64,000 nucleotides of DNA from Planctomicrobium piriforme (GTDB taxonomy: Bacteria > Planctomycetota > Planctomycetia > Pirellulales > UBA1268). The position numbers were made by a program, and so were the translations under genes. A model generated the notes under the pieces. It saw only the letters and a program-made list of their open reading frames with translations, was not told where the DNA came from and searched no databases. Shown here one piece after another: positions 10,575 to 19,915 of this stretch (position 1 is the stretch's first letter; the number at the start of each line of letters is the position of its first letter). Location of the stretch: NCBI GenBank assembly GCA_945869735.1, contig CAMBPQ010000005.1, positions 6,733 through 70,732 of the forward strand, written 5' to 3'.

Positions 10575-11132
10575 TCAGGCCAGCGACTCACCTACGGGTG
10601 CGGAATCTGCGGGGCGGGCCCCGTCGGCGGCCTCGGTGGTTTCGCGGGTCGGTGGGCTTCCCCTGACCATCGCGATCCGGCCGGTGCGAACGAGTTCGAG
10701 GATGCCGTGGGGCCGCATCACCTCAACGAAGCCCTCGAGCTTCTTTTCAGTGCCCGAGAGTTCGACGATCACGCTGTCGGCGGCGACATCGATGATGTGC
10801 CCGCGGAAGATGTCGGCGAGTTCCTTGATCTCGGCCCGTGCGGGGCCAGCGAGGGCGGCGATCTTGATCAGGAGCAAGTCACGCTCCACGTAGTTGCGGC
10901 TGCTGATGTCGTCGACCCGGACGACCGTGACGATCTTCTCGAGTTGCCGACGCACCTGATCAAGCACGCGGTCGTCACCGCGAAGAACGAACGTCATCCG
11001 CGAGAAATGCGGATCCTCGGTCTCACCGACCGCGAGGCTGTCGATGTTGTAGCCCCGCGATGCCAGCATGCCCGACACATGTGCAAGCACGCCGGGGACG
11101 TTCTGGACGGTGGCGGAAAGGACATGGCGCAT
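10575..11132 (-). CDS. ilvN: acetolactate synthase small (regulatory) subunit
   Basis: N-terminal ACT domain MRHVLSATVQNVPGVLAHVSGMLASRGYNIDSLAVGETED. It lies upstream of ilvC. Confidence 0.9.
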   Translation of the reverse strand: MRHVLSATVQNVPGVLAHVSGMLASRGYNIDSLAVGETEDPHFSRMTFVLRGDDRVLDQVRRQLEKIVTVVRVDDISSRNYVERDLLLIKIAALAGPARAEIKELADIFRGHIIDVAADSVIVELSGTEKKLEGFVEVMRPHGILELVRTGRIAMVRGSPPTRETTEAADGARPADSAPVGESLA

Positions 11133-11310
11133 GGCTGGCTCGCGACGGGCTCCGGGCCGGGATCGGCAGGCGGGGCGCCGGGCAAAGCCGCCGCTGCAGA
11201 GGCAGGTCGGAGTCTAGTAAGGGCAAACCCTCGCGTTCAAGCCTCGACCGCGGTTTTCCGGGCCGCAGGGGGGCGGGAATGCGTCGGCGGACGCGGACGG
11301 CGGACGCACG

Positions 11311-11338
11311 TTGACAGAGGGGGGGAAAAGCCGATAGT
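11311..11338 (+). promoter_or_regulatory. candidate sigma-70-type promoter for rpsB-tsf
   Basis: TTGACA (11311-11316), 16 nt, then GATAGT (11333-11338), about 75 nt upstream of the rpsB start. This is sequence resemblance only. Confidence 0.3.
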
Positions 11339-11412
11339 TTGCGGTGCTCGGAGTACGCGAGGCTCCGTGGCCCCTGTGTCGTTCCCCCCTGACCCCAGCG
11401 AGCGAGAAGAGC

Positions 11413-12216
11413 GTGTCGAACGTCTTGGCCCAGGAACTGATTGAAGCCGGCGTCCATTTTGGCCATCGTGCCAGCCGATGGAACCCGAAGATGAAGCCCT
11501 ACATCCACGGGCGCCGGAACCTGATCCATATTATCGACGTCCGCGAAACCATCCGCGGGCTCCTGCGGGCCAGAAAGTATCTCAAGCAGGTCTCCTCGAC
11601 CGGCAGCTTGATCCTGTTCGTCGGGACCAAGCGCCAGGGTGCCGAGGCCGTGGCCCGCGAGGCCGCCCGCTGCGGCATGCCTTACGTCAGTGACCGCTGG
11701 CTCGGGGGCACGCTGACCAACTTCCGCACGATCCGCAACCGTCTGGCCCGCCTCGAGGAACTCGAGACCCTGATCCCGTCAGAGGCGTTTGGCTCGTATT
11801 CGAAGAAGATGCAGTCGTCGCTCCGCCGCGAGCACCGCAAAATGCTCCGTAACCTCGGCGGCATTCGCACACTGTCCAGACTGCCTGAGTGCCTCGTCAT
11901 ATTCGATCCCAAAAAGGAAAAGAACGCGGTCAGCGAGGCCCGCAAAATGGGCATTACGACCGTGTCGCTGATCGACACCGACTGCGATCCTGATCTCATC
12001 GACCTCCCGATCCCTGGCAACGATGACTCGATCCGCTCGATTGAACTGGTCGCCTCCCGGTTGGCCGATGCAGTCCTTGAGGGCAAGTCCCAGTCGGCGA
12101 CCGAAACTCAGGTGTCGGCCGAGGGTGCCGAGGGCGTGGTCGAGGGCGAAGGCAAACTGAAGCCCAGGGGCCGGCCGATGGTCGCCAAGCGTTCGGTGTC
12201 GAAGCCGAAGACCTGA
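11413..12216 (+). CDS. rpsB: 30S ribosomal protein S2
   Basis: [23 protein letters not shown] and the conserved S2 core. GTG 11413 is in frame within track ORF 11344..12216. Confidence 0.95.
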   Translation: MSNVLAQELIEAGVHFGHRASRWNPKMKPYIHGRRNLIHIIDVRETIRGLLRARKYLKQVSSTGSLILFVGTKRQGAEAVAREAARCGMPYVSDRWLGGTLTNFRTIRNRLARLEELETLIPSEAFGSYSKKMQSSLRREHRKMLRNLGGIRTLSRLPECLVIFDPKKEKNAVSEARKMGITTVSLIDTDCDPDLIDLPIPGNDDSIRSIELVASRLADAVLEGKSQSATETQVSAEGAEGVVEGEGKLKPRGRPMVAKRSVSKPKT

Positions 12217-12350
12217 CCAACGCGGCAGCGGATGTTCAGTCTGTTCGGGCCTGCCACCGGCCTGCTCAGGGTCGACTCCTCGGTCAGCCCGCGAGACTTG
12301 CACTCTCCACCCGCATTCGTTGAACCACGCTCCCCAGGAGAAGGAAACCC

Positions 12351-13193
12351 ATGGCTGAGATCACCGCAGCGGCCGTCATGGCCCTCAGGGAAAAGACCGG
12401 CCTGCCGATGATGGAGTGCAAAAAGGCACTCGCTGAATGCGGCGGCAACACCGAGCAGGCCGTCGATTGGCTTCGCAAGCAGGGCATCAAGACCCAGTCG
12501 ATGCGGGCCGATCGGGAGACCTCCTGCGGCCGCCTGGCCGTGTTTGCCGACCCGTCGAAGGGCGTTGGCACGATCATCGAACTGAAGTGCGAAAGTCCGC
12601 CGGTGGCCGGCAGTGATGATTTCAAAGCGCTCGCCAACGACATCGCCAAGACGCTGGCGCTCGGCCCGGGCGCCGCGACGCCGGCCGACCTGCTCGCACA
12701 GAAGAGCCTCGCGCATCCCGACCGCACCCTCGGCGAACTCAAGGACGATCTCTTCAACCGCATGCGAGAGGTCTTCGAACTCTCAAGAATCAAGCGGATC
12801 GACGGCCCCTGCGGCGGCTATGCCCACCACGACGGCTCCAAGGCCGCGTTGATTGAGATCGCGGGCAACACGTCGGCAGCGAACGCCGGCGAAGTGGCGA
12901 AGGACGTCGCGATGCACGTGGTCGCCCTGGCGCCCCAGGCGATCCGCAAGGAGGATCTCGATCCCGCGGTTGTCGAGAAGGAGCGGGCAATCCTCACCGA
13001 GGCAGCCCGCAACGAAGGCAAGCCAGATAACATCATCGCCAAGATGATCGAGGGCCGGCTGCGAAACTTCTTCAGCCAGTGCGTGCTCCTCGAGCAACCA
13101 TTCGTGAAGGACGACAAACAGTCGGTGGGTCAGTTCGCGAAGGCGGCCGGCCTGGAGATCACGTCGGTGGAGAACTGGAGGCTGGGTGGGTGA
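12351..13193 (+). CDS. tsf: translation elongation factor Ts
   Basis: N-terminal UBA-like MAEITAAAVMALREKTGLPMMECKKALAECGGNTEQAVDWLRKQG. It follows rpsB. Confidence 0.95.
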   Translation: MAEITAAAVMALREKTGLPMMECKKALAECGGNTEQAVDWLRKQGIKTQSMRADRETSCGRLAVFADPSKGVGTIIELKCESPPVAGSDDFKALANDIAKTLALGPGAATPADLLAQKSLAHPDRTLGELKDDLFNRMREVFELSRIKRIDGPCGGYAHHDGSKAALIEIAGNTSAANAGEVAKDVAMHVVALAPQAIRKEDLDPAVVEKERAILTEAARNEGKPDNIIAKMIEGRLRNFFSQCVLLEQPFVKDDKQSVGQFAKAAGLEITSVENWRLGG

Positions 13194-13296
13194 TGGTTTG
13201 GGAGGCGACGCCAGTGCCGCCCGTTGCAGCGGACCTGCGGCTGCTGACCGTTTCTGGCCTGGTGGTTGATCGTCGCGAAAGCATCCCGAGGGAGCG

Positions 13297-14037
13297 ATGG
13301 ACAAGACGCCTTATCGCCGCGTGCTCCTGAAACTCTCCGGCGAGAGCTTCGCCCGGACGGGTGAGCGGGGCATCTCGATGGATGAGGTGGTCCACATCGC
13401 CCGGCAGACGGTGCAGGCGGTGGCGCGAGGTGTGGAACTGGCCGTCGTGATCGGTGGCGGCAACATCCTTCGCGGCGGCTCGTTTACAGCCGGCAATGCC
13501 GCGATCCAGGAGGCGACGGCCCACTATATGGGAATGCTCGCCACGGTGATCAACGGCCTGGCACTTCAGGACGCGCTCGAGAGTCTGGGTGCGCAGACGC
13601 GGCTCATGACGGCGATCCGCATGGACGGCGTTGCCGAACCTTACATCCGTCGCCGAGCCCGGCGGCATCTGGAGAAGGGGCGGATCGTGATCCTCGCCGC
13701 GGGTACCGGCAGCCCGTTCGTGACGACCGACACCGCCGCGGCACAGCGGGCGCTCGAACTGGGCGCCGATATTCTCATGAAGGCCACCCGGGTGGATGGC
13801 GTCTACTCCGACGACCCCGAGAAGAATCCACACGCGGTGCTCTATGGCGAACTCTCCTACCAGCAGGTGCAGCAGCAAAACCTGCGGGTGATGGACGGCA
13901 CGGCGATCTCGCAGTGCATGGAGCACGGGATGCCGATCCTCGTCTTCAACTACCGTCGCGACGGCAACATCGAGCGGGCGGTCGCGGGCGAGCGGATCGG
14001 CACGATCGTCGGCTCCCGGCGACAGGGCGACGCCTGA
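13297..14037 (+). CDS. pyrH: UMP kinase
   Basis: [24 protein letters not shown] and [19 protein letters not shown]. Confidence 0.95.
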   Translation: MDKTPYRRVLLKLSGESFARTGERGISMDEVVHIARQTVQAVARGVELAVVIGGGNILRGGSFTAGNAAIQEATAHYMGMLATVINGLALQDALESLGAQTRLMTAIRMDGVAEPYIRRRARRHLEKGRIVILAAGTGSPFVTTDTAAAQRALELGADILMKATRVDGVYSDDPEKNPHAVLYGELSYQQVQQQNLRVMDGTAISQCMEHGMPILVFNYRRDGNIERAVAGERIGTIVGSRRQGDA

Positions 14038-14095
14038 GGCAGCCTCGCGGCCGACCAGGGCGTATACTCGCGGGCCTCCCGCACCTCAAGGAGCC

Positions 14096-14662
14096 ATGCC
14101 GATGCCCCTCGACGACATTCTGCTCAACGCCGAAGAACGGATGGAGAAGGCGGTGGACGTCTTTCGCCACGCGCTTACCGGTATCCGCACGGGCCGAGCC
14201 AATCCTGGCCTGGTCGACACCCTGCGGGTCGAGGTCTACGGCTCGCCCACGCCCATCAAGGCGCTCGCGAGCGTCGGCGCACCCGAATCCAATCAGATCG
14301 TCGTTCGTCCATTCGATCCCGGAACGCTCAAGGACATCGAGAAGGCGATCCAGGCCAGCGACCTGGGCCTCAACCCACAGAGCGACGGCCGGCTGATCCG
14401 GATCGTGATCCCGCCGCTCTCCGCCGACGTCCGCAAGAAGATGTCGGCCCGCATTCGCGATCTTGCCGAGGAGGCCAAGGTTGCGATCCGCAACGTCCGC
14501 CGCGACGCCAACAAGGCAGCCGACACCGAGAAGTCGGATGGCGACCTCACGGAAGACGACTGCGAGCGGTGCAAGGAGGACGTTCAGGAGCTCACCAAGA
14601 AGTATGAGGGGAGTGTCGGCGACCTCGCGAGAACGAAGGAATCCGAGGTCATGGAGCAATGA
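14096..14662 (+). CDS. frr: ribosome recycling factor
   Basis: RTGRANPGLVDTLRVEVYG, IPPLSADVRKKM and IRNVRRDANK. Confidence 0.95.
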   Translation: MPMPLDDILLNAEERMEKAVDVFRHALTGIRTGRANPGLVDTLRVEVYGSPTPIKALASVGAPESNQIVVRPFDPGTLKDIEKAIQASDLGLNPQSDGRLIRIVIPPLSADVRKKMSARIRDLAEEAKVAIRNVRRDANKAADTEKSDGDLTEDDCERCKEDVQELTKKYEGSVGDLARTKESEVMEQ

Positions 14663-14690
14663 CACGCCCCGCGCCTGCGCACCACCGGCC

Positions 14691-15431
14691 ATGATCGAGG
14701 TTTTTGATCTCGTCAAGGAATATCGCTCCGGCGACGGTGCGACCGTGCGGGCCGTCGACGGCGTCTCGTTTGTCGTCCATCCGGGGGAGATGGTGGGCCT
14801 GCTCGGCGGTAATGGCGCCGGCAAGACCACCACCATGCGGATCCTGGCAACGCTGCTGAAGCCCACCGCAGGCACGGCCTCGATCGCCGGACACGACGTA
14901 CGCACCGAACCGCTCGCCGTTCGCGGCCGGCTCGGCTACGTCTCGGCGACGACTGGCGTGCCCGACCGGCTCACGCCCCGAGAGGTTCTCGCGTCGTTTG
15001 GCAGGCTCTACGGGCTGCGCCGCGGCCACCTTGCGGACCGGATCGATTCGCTTTCCGCCACACTCGACCTCGGCGGCTTTATCGACCGGCCGTGTGGCCG
15101 CCTCTCGTCGGGGCAGCGTCAGCGCGTGTCGCTGGGGCGGGCGCTGGTCCACGATCCGCCGGTACTCGTGCTCGATGAACCGACCAGTGCGCTCGACGTG
15201 CTCGGCTCCCGGGACCTGCTCGCGTTACTCGACCGCCTCCGGGACGACGGCCGCACGATCCTGCTCTCCACCCATCGACTGCACGAGATCGAGCGTCGCT
15301 GCGACCGCTTTCTGGTTATCAGCGGCGGCCGCATCCTCGCGGACGGAACCCGCGAGGCGCTCGTCGCCGGCCACGAGGGTGGCCTCGAGGCGGCATTCTT
15401 CGCAGCCGTTGCACCGGAGGCGCGGCTGTGA
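14691..15431 (+). CDS. ABC transporter ATP-binding protein
   Basis: Walker A GGNGAGKTT, signature LSSGQRQRV, Walker B VLVLDEP and H-loop STHRL. ATG 14691 is in frame in track ORF 14463..15431. Confidence 0.9.
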   Translation: MIEVFDLVKEYRSGDGATVRAVDGVSFVVHPGEMVGLLGGNGAGKTTTMRILATLLKPTAGTASIAGHDVRTEPLAVRGRLGYVSATTGVPDRLTPREVLASFGRLYGLRRGHLADRIDSLSATLDLGGFIDRPCGRLSSGQRQRVSLGRALVHDPPVLVLDEPTSALDVLGSRDLLALLDRLRDDGRTILLSTHRLHEIERRCDRFLVISGGRILADGTREALVAGHEGGLEAAFFAAVAPEARL

Positions 15432-17608
15432 ATGCACGTGAACCGGAGGCCGCGGGTGGCTGGCCGGCACGGCTGGCGATCGCCCGCCGCGATCTCTTGG
15501 AGTTTGTCAGGGACCGGCGCGCGCTCTTCATCACGCTGGTGATGCCGATGGCGATGTATCCGTTGCTCGCCCTGTCGAGCACGCTGGGCATCCGCACCGC
15601 GATCACCGAACTCGACAGGCGGGAGGCTACGTCGCAGCTGTCCTTGGCACTCTCCGGCCCCGATGCCGGAGCGTTCGCAACACACATCGACGCCGTCGCA
15701 CGTCGGGCCGACGGACAACCCGACGGCTGGCCCGGCAACCTGTCTGTGCGCGTCGTCGACGCCGACGCGGCACGCCGACTGATCGATGAGGGGGCGGCGA
15801 ACGCCTGGATCGACGTCACGGACGGCACCGTCGCGGGGCTTACTGGCGAGGGCACCATGCCACTCGACGTGAGGCTCTCGACTGTCCACGCGGCCGACCA
15901 CCGGACCAAAGATCATGTCATGGCGGTGATGCGTGGAGTGGCCGACACCGCGCGGCTTGCCCGACTCGGCCGGGCCGGTCTGCCAGAGAGCCTGCTCAAG
16001 CCGCTCCGCATTGATTTCAGTGGCGGCCTGCCGGCGTCGGCCCCTGCCTTCCACGACGTTTTGCCGATGACGGTCGCGGCGGTCCTCGTGCTCCTGGCGC
16101 TGCTGACGGCGACCGGCGCGTTCTATCCCGCCATCGATGCGATCGCGGGGGAGAAGGAACGGGGCACGATCGAGACCCTGCTGCTCGCGCCCTGCACGGC
16201 GCTCGACGTTGTCGCTGGCAAGTTCCTCGCCGTATTCGCCGTCACACTCGCGACGCTCGTGGCCAACGCCCTGTCGATCGCACTGACTGCGACGGTGCTT
16301 GTGCGGGTGCTCCCGGCCGGCTCCTTCGATGGGCTGCGGTCGGCCGGCGTGACTGGCTGTGTGATCGTCACCATCGCGGCCTACGTCGGCGTTGCGGCCA
16401 TCGCGGCGGCACTGTGCCTCGCGGTGACCGCGGCCTCCCGCAGCGCGAAGGAGGCACAAAACACGCTCACGCCGGTCGTGATGCTGATCGCGGCGCTTGC
16501 CGGGTCGGCACTGCTGCCGGGCACGGCGTCGAGCCGCTGGCTCCCCGCGGTACCGTTCGCAGGACAGGTCGCCGTAGCGCGATCGGCACTCGTCGTCGCA
16601 GACCGAGGCACGTCTGACGCCGACCGGAATGCCGCAGAGGGCGCGCCGCAGTTGGGGACCGTCGGCATCGGCCTCGCCACCTCGCTCCTCTCCTCCGCCG
16701 CGCTCGCCTGGCTGCTCCTGCACATCACCGCGGCGCTCGTGTCGAATGAGGAGCTCCTGTTTCGCGGACCCGACGCGGCAACGAGCGGGTTGCGCCGGCC
16801 CGCTCCGCGGAGGTCACCCACTGCCTGGCAGGGCTTCGCCGCGGCGCTCGCGGGCTTCACGGCGCTATGGTACGCCCAGGGGCTCGCACCGGTCGATTTC
16901 GTGCCGGCACTCCTGACCCAGCAGGCCATCGCTGTGCTCCTGCCGCTCGCGGGAATCGCGTGGTGGCAGCGGGTCGATGCCCGAGCGACCTATGCGCTCC
17001 GCTGGCCGGGAACGGCGGCCGTGGCCGGGGCCGCTCTGATCGGCAGCGGGCTGTTTGTCGTGGGAGCTGCGGTGGCCCTCGCCGCCTGGGGCACCGATGT
17101 GTCGCCCGAGGCGCGAAGCCTCGCGGAGCGGCTGATCAACCTCATCCGCGACAACCCTTCGTGGCTGGCGGTGCTCGTTCTCGCAGCGATGCCCGCGGTC
17201 TGTGAGGAACTCCTTTTCCGGGGGTGGGTGCTTTCCGCCCTGGCCGGCGACCGCCCGACGCCGCGCCGCGCCATCGCCGCCGTCGCGGCGCAGGCCGCGG
17301 TCTTCGCCGCGTTTCATCTCTTGCCCGAGCGGATGCCGCAGACCTTCGCGCTGGGGATCGCACTGGGCTGGATGACACTCGCCACGCGGAGCATCCTGCC
17401 GGCGATGATCGCCCATGCCGCACACAACGCCACACCCGTGGTGCTCGTGGCAATCGCATCGCCAGACGACCTCTCCGCCATCGAGCTGGGTACGGCATCC
17501 GGACTTCCACCCTGGGCGACGGCGGTGGCGATAGGATGTCTCGTTGGCGGCGGCCTGCTGCTGGCCGTCGCGCGGCACGGACGCACTTCAAGGGACTCAC
17601 GGACATGA
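15428..17608 (+). CDS. ABC-2-type permease fused to a C-terminal CPBP (CAAX/Abi) intramembrane metalloprotease domain
   Basis: The N-terminal half is an ABC-2/NatB-like polytopic permease. The C-terminal third carries the three CPBP motifs EELLFRG, FHL(x)PE and HAAHN. The GTG start overlaps the ATPase stop (GTGA at 15428-15431). Confidence 0.7.
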   Translation: MNAREPEAAGGWPARLAIARRDLLEFVRDRRALFITLVMPMAMYPLLALSSTLGIRTAITELDRREATSQLSLALSGPDAGAFATHIDAVARRADGQPDGWPGNLSVRVVDADAARRLIDEGAANAWIDVTDGTVAGLTGEGTMPLDVRLSTVHAADHRTKDHVMAVMRGVADTARLARLGRAGLPESLLKPLRIDFSGGLPASAPAFHDVLPMTVAAVLVLLALLTATGAFYPAIDAIAGEKERGTIETLLLAPCTALDVVAGKFLAVFAVTLATLVANALSIALTATVLVRVLPAGSFDGLRSAGVTGCVIVTIAAYVGVAAIAAALCLAVTAASRSAKEAQNTLTPVVMLIAALAGSALLPGTASSRWLPAVPFAGQVAVARSALVVADRGTSDADRNAAEGAPQLGTVGIGLATSLLSSAALAWLLLHITAALVSNEELLFRGPDAATSGLRRPAPRRSPTAWQGFAAALAGFTALWYAQGLAPVDFVPALLTQQAIAVLLPLAGIAWWQRVDARATYALRWPGTAAVAGAALIGSGLFVVGAAVALAAWGTDVSPEARSLAERLINLIRDNPSWLAVLVLAAMPAVCEELLFRGWVLSALAGDRPTPRRAIAAVAAQAAVFAAFHLLPERMPQTFALGIALGWMTLATRSILPAMIAHAAHNATPVVLVAIASPDDLSAIELGTASGLPPWATAVAIGCLVGGGLLLAVARHGRTSRDSRT

Positions 17609-18732
17609 GCGGCGAACCGTGGATGGTGGGATTCCGGCGGGCCGCGGTGGCGAGCGGCATCGTGGTGGTGACATGCCTGATGGTGGCGATCTTCGAGGGC
17701 AGCCTGCGAGGCGAGCCCGCGGCGACGACACCGCGGGTCTTAAAGGTCGCGATCGCACCGATTGCCTCGGCGGTCGAGTGGCAGAACGATCAGCCGACGG
17801 GTGCCATGATCGACATCTGGAAGGAAGTTTCCCGACGGCTGGGCATCTCCTCGGAGTTCATCCGCGTCAAGACATTCGTCGAACTCATGGACCTGGTCCG
17901 GGAGGGGAAGGCCGACGTCTCGCTCGGGCCGCTGGCCATCACCGAAGAACGCGAAAAAATGTTCGATCTGACGCATCCCGTCTTCCACTCCGGCATGCGG
18001 ATCGCCGTGCGGCAGCGGAATGAAAGCGGGTTGGTGTCCGCTGTGCGGTCGATGCTGTCGTGGAAGCTCCTACAACTCATCGGGCTGGCCGTGGCCCTGG
18101 GTGTCGTCTCCGGCCACCTGCTCTGGTGGTGTGAACGAGGCCGCAATCCCCGCTCGTTTCCCCCGGACTATCCCCGCGGCGTCGGCGAGGCGATCTGGTG
18201 GATCATCTCGACGATCGTCACGGGCGGCTGCGACGACAAACACGTCGATGGCCCCCTCGGCCGAATCCTCGCCTTGTTGTGGATGATCGGCGGCATCGGC
18301 CTGATCGCCACCTTCACCAGTGTGCTCACGGCGACGATGACGGCCGAGCGTGTCACGGGCATGATTCAAGGCCCTCGCGACCTCGCGGGCCGGTCGATTG
18401 GCTGCCAGGAGGGCTCGGTGACCGTGTAGACGATCCGCCAACGTGGGGGTTTCCCGCAGGAGTATGCGACCATCCTCGATGCGATCGATGCGCTCGAACT
18501 TGGCATGGTAGACGCGGTGGTCGGCGAGGCTCAGACGCTGATGTACGTCATCAACGAGTCGGGAAGGAACGAGGTGAAGCTCGTCGGCCCGATCTTTGAC
18601 TCCTTCGACTACGGCCTGGCGCTGCCGACGAGCAGCCCGCTCCGCGAGGAACTCAATGCGGTGATCCTGCAACTGCGGGAGGACGGCACACTCACCCGCA
18701 TTCAGGAAACCTGGCTGGGCGTTCACGACTAG
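17605..18732 (+). pseudogene. GluR0-type ligand-gated ion channel (SBP lobe 1, M1, P-loop, M2, SBP lobe 2) interrupted by an in-frame TAG at 18427-18429
   Basis: Track ORFs 17224..18429 and 18505..18732 are in the same frame and are separated only by one TAG. Family-3 solute-binding lobes (ADVSLGPLAITEEREKMFDLTHPVF ... VDAVVGEAQTLMYVI ... YGLALPTSSPLREELN) flank a two-TM pore module (GEAIWWIISTIVTGGCDD). The ATG overlaps the upstream stop (ATGA at 17605-17608). Confidence 0.7.
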
Positions 18733-18840
18733 AGCGCATTCGAGTTACGTGGAACGCCGGCTCGGGGGCGGCAAAAGTCTCGTCGCTCTCTCGCCGCGGC
18801 GGCTCAGGCGCTCCTCGAGCGTTTGCCGACCCCCTTGCCT
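18730..18840 (-). repeat. family-A dispersed repeat, copy 1
   Basis: TAGAGCGCATTCGAGTTACGTGGAACGCCGGCTCGGGGGCGGCAAAAGTCTCGTCGC...GCTCCTCGAGCGTTTGCCGACCCCC. It starts on the TAG stop of the channel gene and abuts family B. Confidence 0.85.
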
Positions 18841-19160
18841 CCCGTCAGGAAGCCCCAAGCGCGAGCGCGGGGTATCCGGGCTGCATCGATGCGGTGCCGG
18901 ATTGGTTCACCGGCGGTGACATGCTCGCCGCCGGGGGATTTTGCTCCAGGATGCTCGGGTGGCCGACTGGGGAATTGCTTGAGAGTCGCAAAGATTCCCC
19001 GGCGTCTGCGCGTGCCACGCCCGGCTCCTCACGATCGGGAATCGGGTGGGTCACCGTGGGTGTTGCTTCCCGTCAGGAAGCCCCAAGCGCGAGCGCGGGG
19101 TATCCGGGTCGCATCGAGACGGTGCAGGATTGGTTCGCCCGCGGACGCTCAAAGGCCTGG
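18841..19160 (+). repeat. family-B repeat locus (about 1.3 tandem units of ~228 bp)
   Basis: The 40-nt motif cccgtcaggaagccccaagcgcgagcgcggggtatccggg occurs at 18841 and again at 19069. The intervening core is homologous to 8929-9093. Confidence 0.8.
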
Positions 19161-19449
19161 TGGCTCCCGCTCCACAAAACCCGTCCAGACCACAGATGTG
19201 ATCGCCCTGCGCGGCGGCCGTTTACCGCTCTGCCCATGAAAAACCCGGATGGACCGAGAAACTTTCTGGAAGTAGGTTTCGAGGATCGCGTTGGGGGTGA
19301 GGCCGGGAGCATGCCACTGTCGCCGATCGGCCTAGGAACGGGCAACATCGGCTGCGGTCGCCTGCGGCAGCCGCCAGCCGTTGTGGATTCCAGCAGCGCG
19401 GCGACATACTGACGCCCCCTTATTCCATCCTATTTCGGAGTCACGGTTC

Positions 19450-19914
19450 ATGGGCCTCATCAAGGAATTTCGCGACTTCGCCATGCGCGGCAACGTCATC
19501 GACCTCGCCGTCGGCGTCGTGATCGGCAGCGCCTTCGGCAAGATCATCAGTTCGCTCGTCGCCAACATCGTCATGCCGCCACTGAACCTGCTGACGAGCA
19601 AGTTTGGCGTGAACTTCAACGATCTGGCCTGGCGGGTGCGGATGGAGTCGCCAAAACTCCTTGCCGACGGCACGGCCGAGATGAAGGACGGCAAGCCCGT
19701 GATGCTGCTGCAGGACTACCCGATCCTGAACTACGGGCCGTTCATCCAAGCGGTCGTCGATTTCCTGCTCGTCGCCGCGGCCATCTTCCTGGTCGTGAAA
19801 CTCATCAACACGGCCAAGGCCCGGTTCGACGAGAAAAAGGACGAGGCTCCGGCCGCCCCGCCGGAGGATGTCATGCTCCTGCGCGAAATCCGCGACGTCC
19901 TCGTGAAACGGTAG
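19450..19914 (+). CDS. mscL: large-conductance mechanosensitive channel
   Basis: [37 protein letters not shown] is the canonical MscL N-terminus. ATG 19450 is in frame in track ORF 19381..19914. Confidence 0.9.
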   Translation: MGLIKEFRDFAMRGNVIDLAVGVVIGSAFGKIISSLVANIVMPPLNLLTSKFGVNFNDLAWRVRMESPKLLADGTAEMKDGKPVMLLQDYPILNYGPFIQAVVDFLLVAAAIFLVVKLINTAKARFDEKKDEAPAAPPEDVMLLREIRDVLVKR

Positions 19915-19915
19915 C

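Noticed and set aside
19290-19412. An aldo/keto-reductase-like N-terminal peptide ([14 protein letters not shown]) in track ORF 18894..19412, upstream of mscL.
   Set aside because: The resemblance is only ~14 residues, nothing AKR-like follows, and the ORF mostly runs through family-B repeat sequence.
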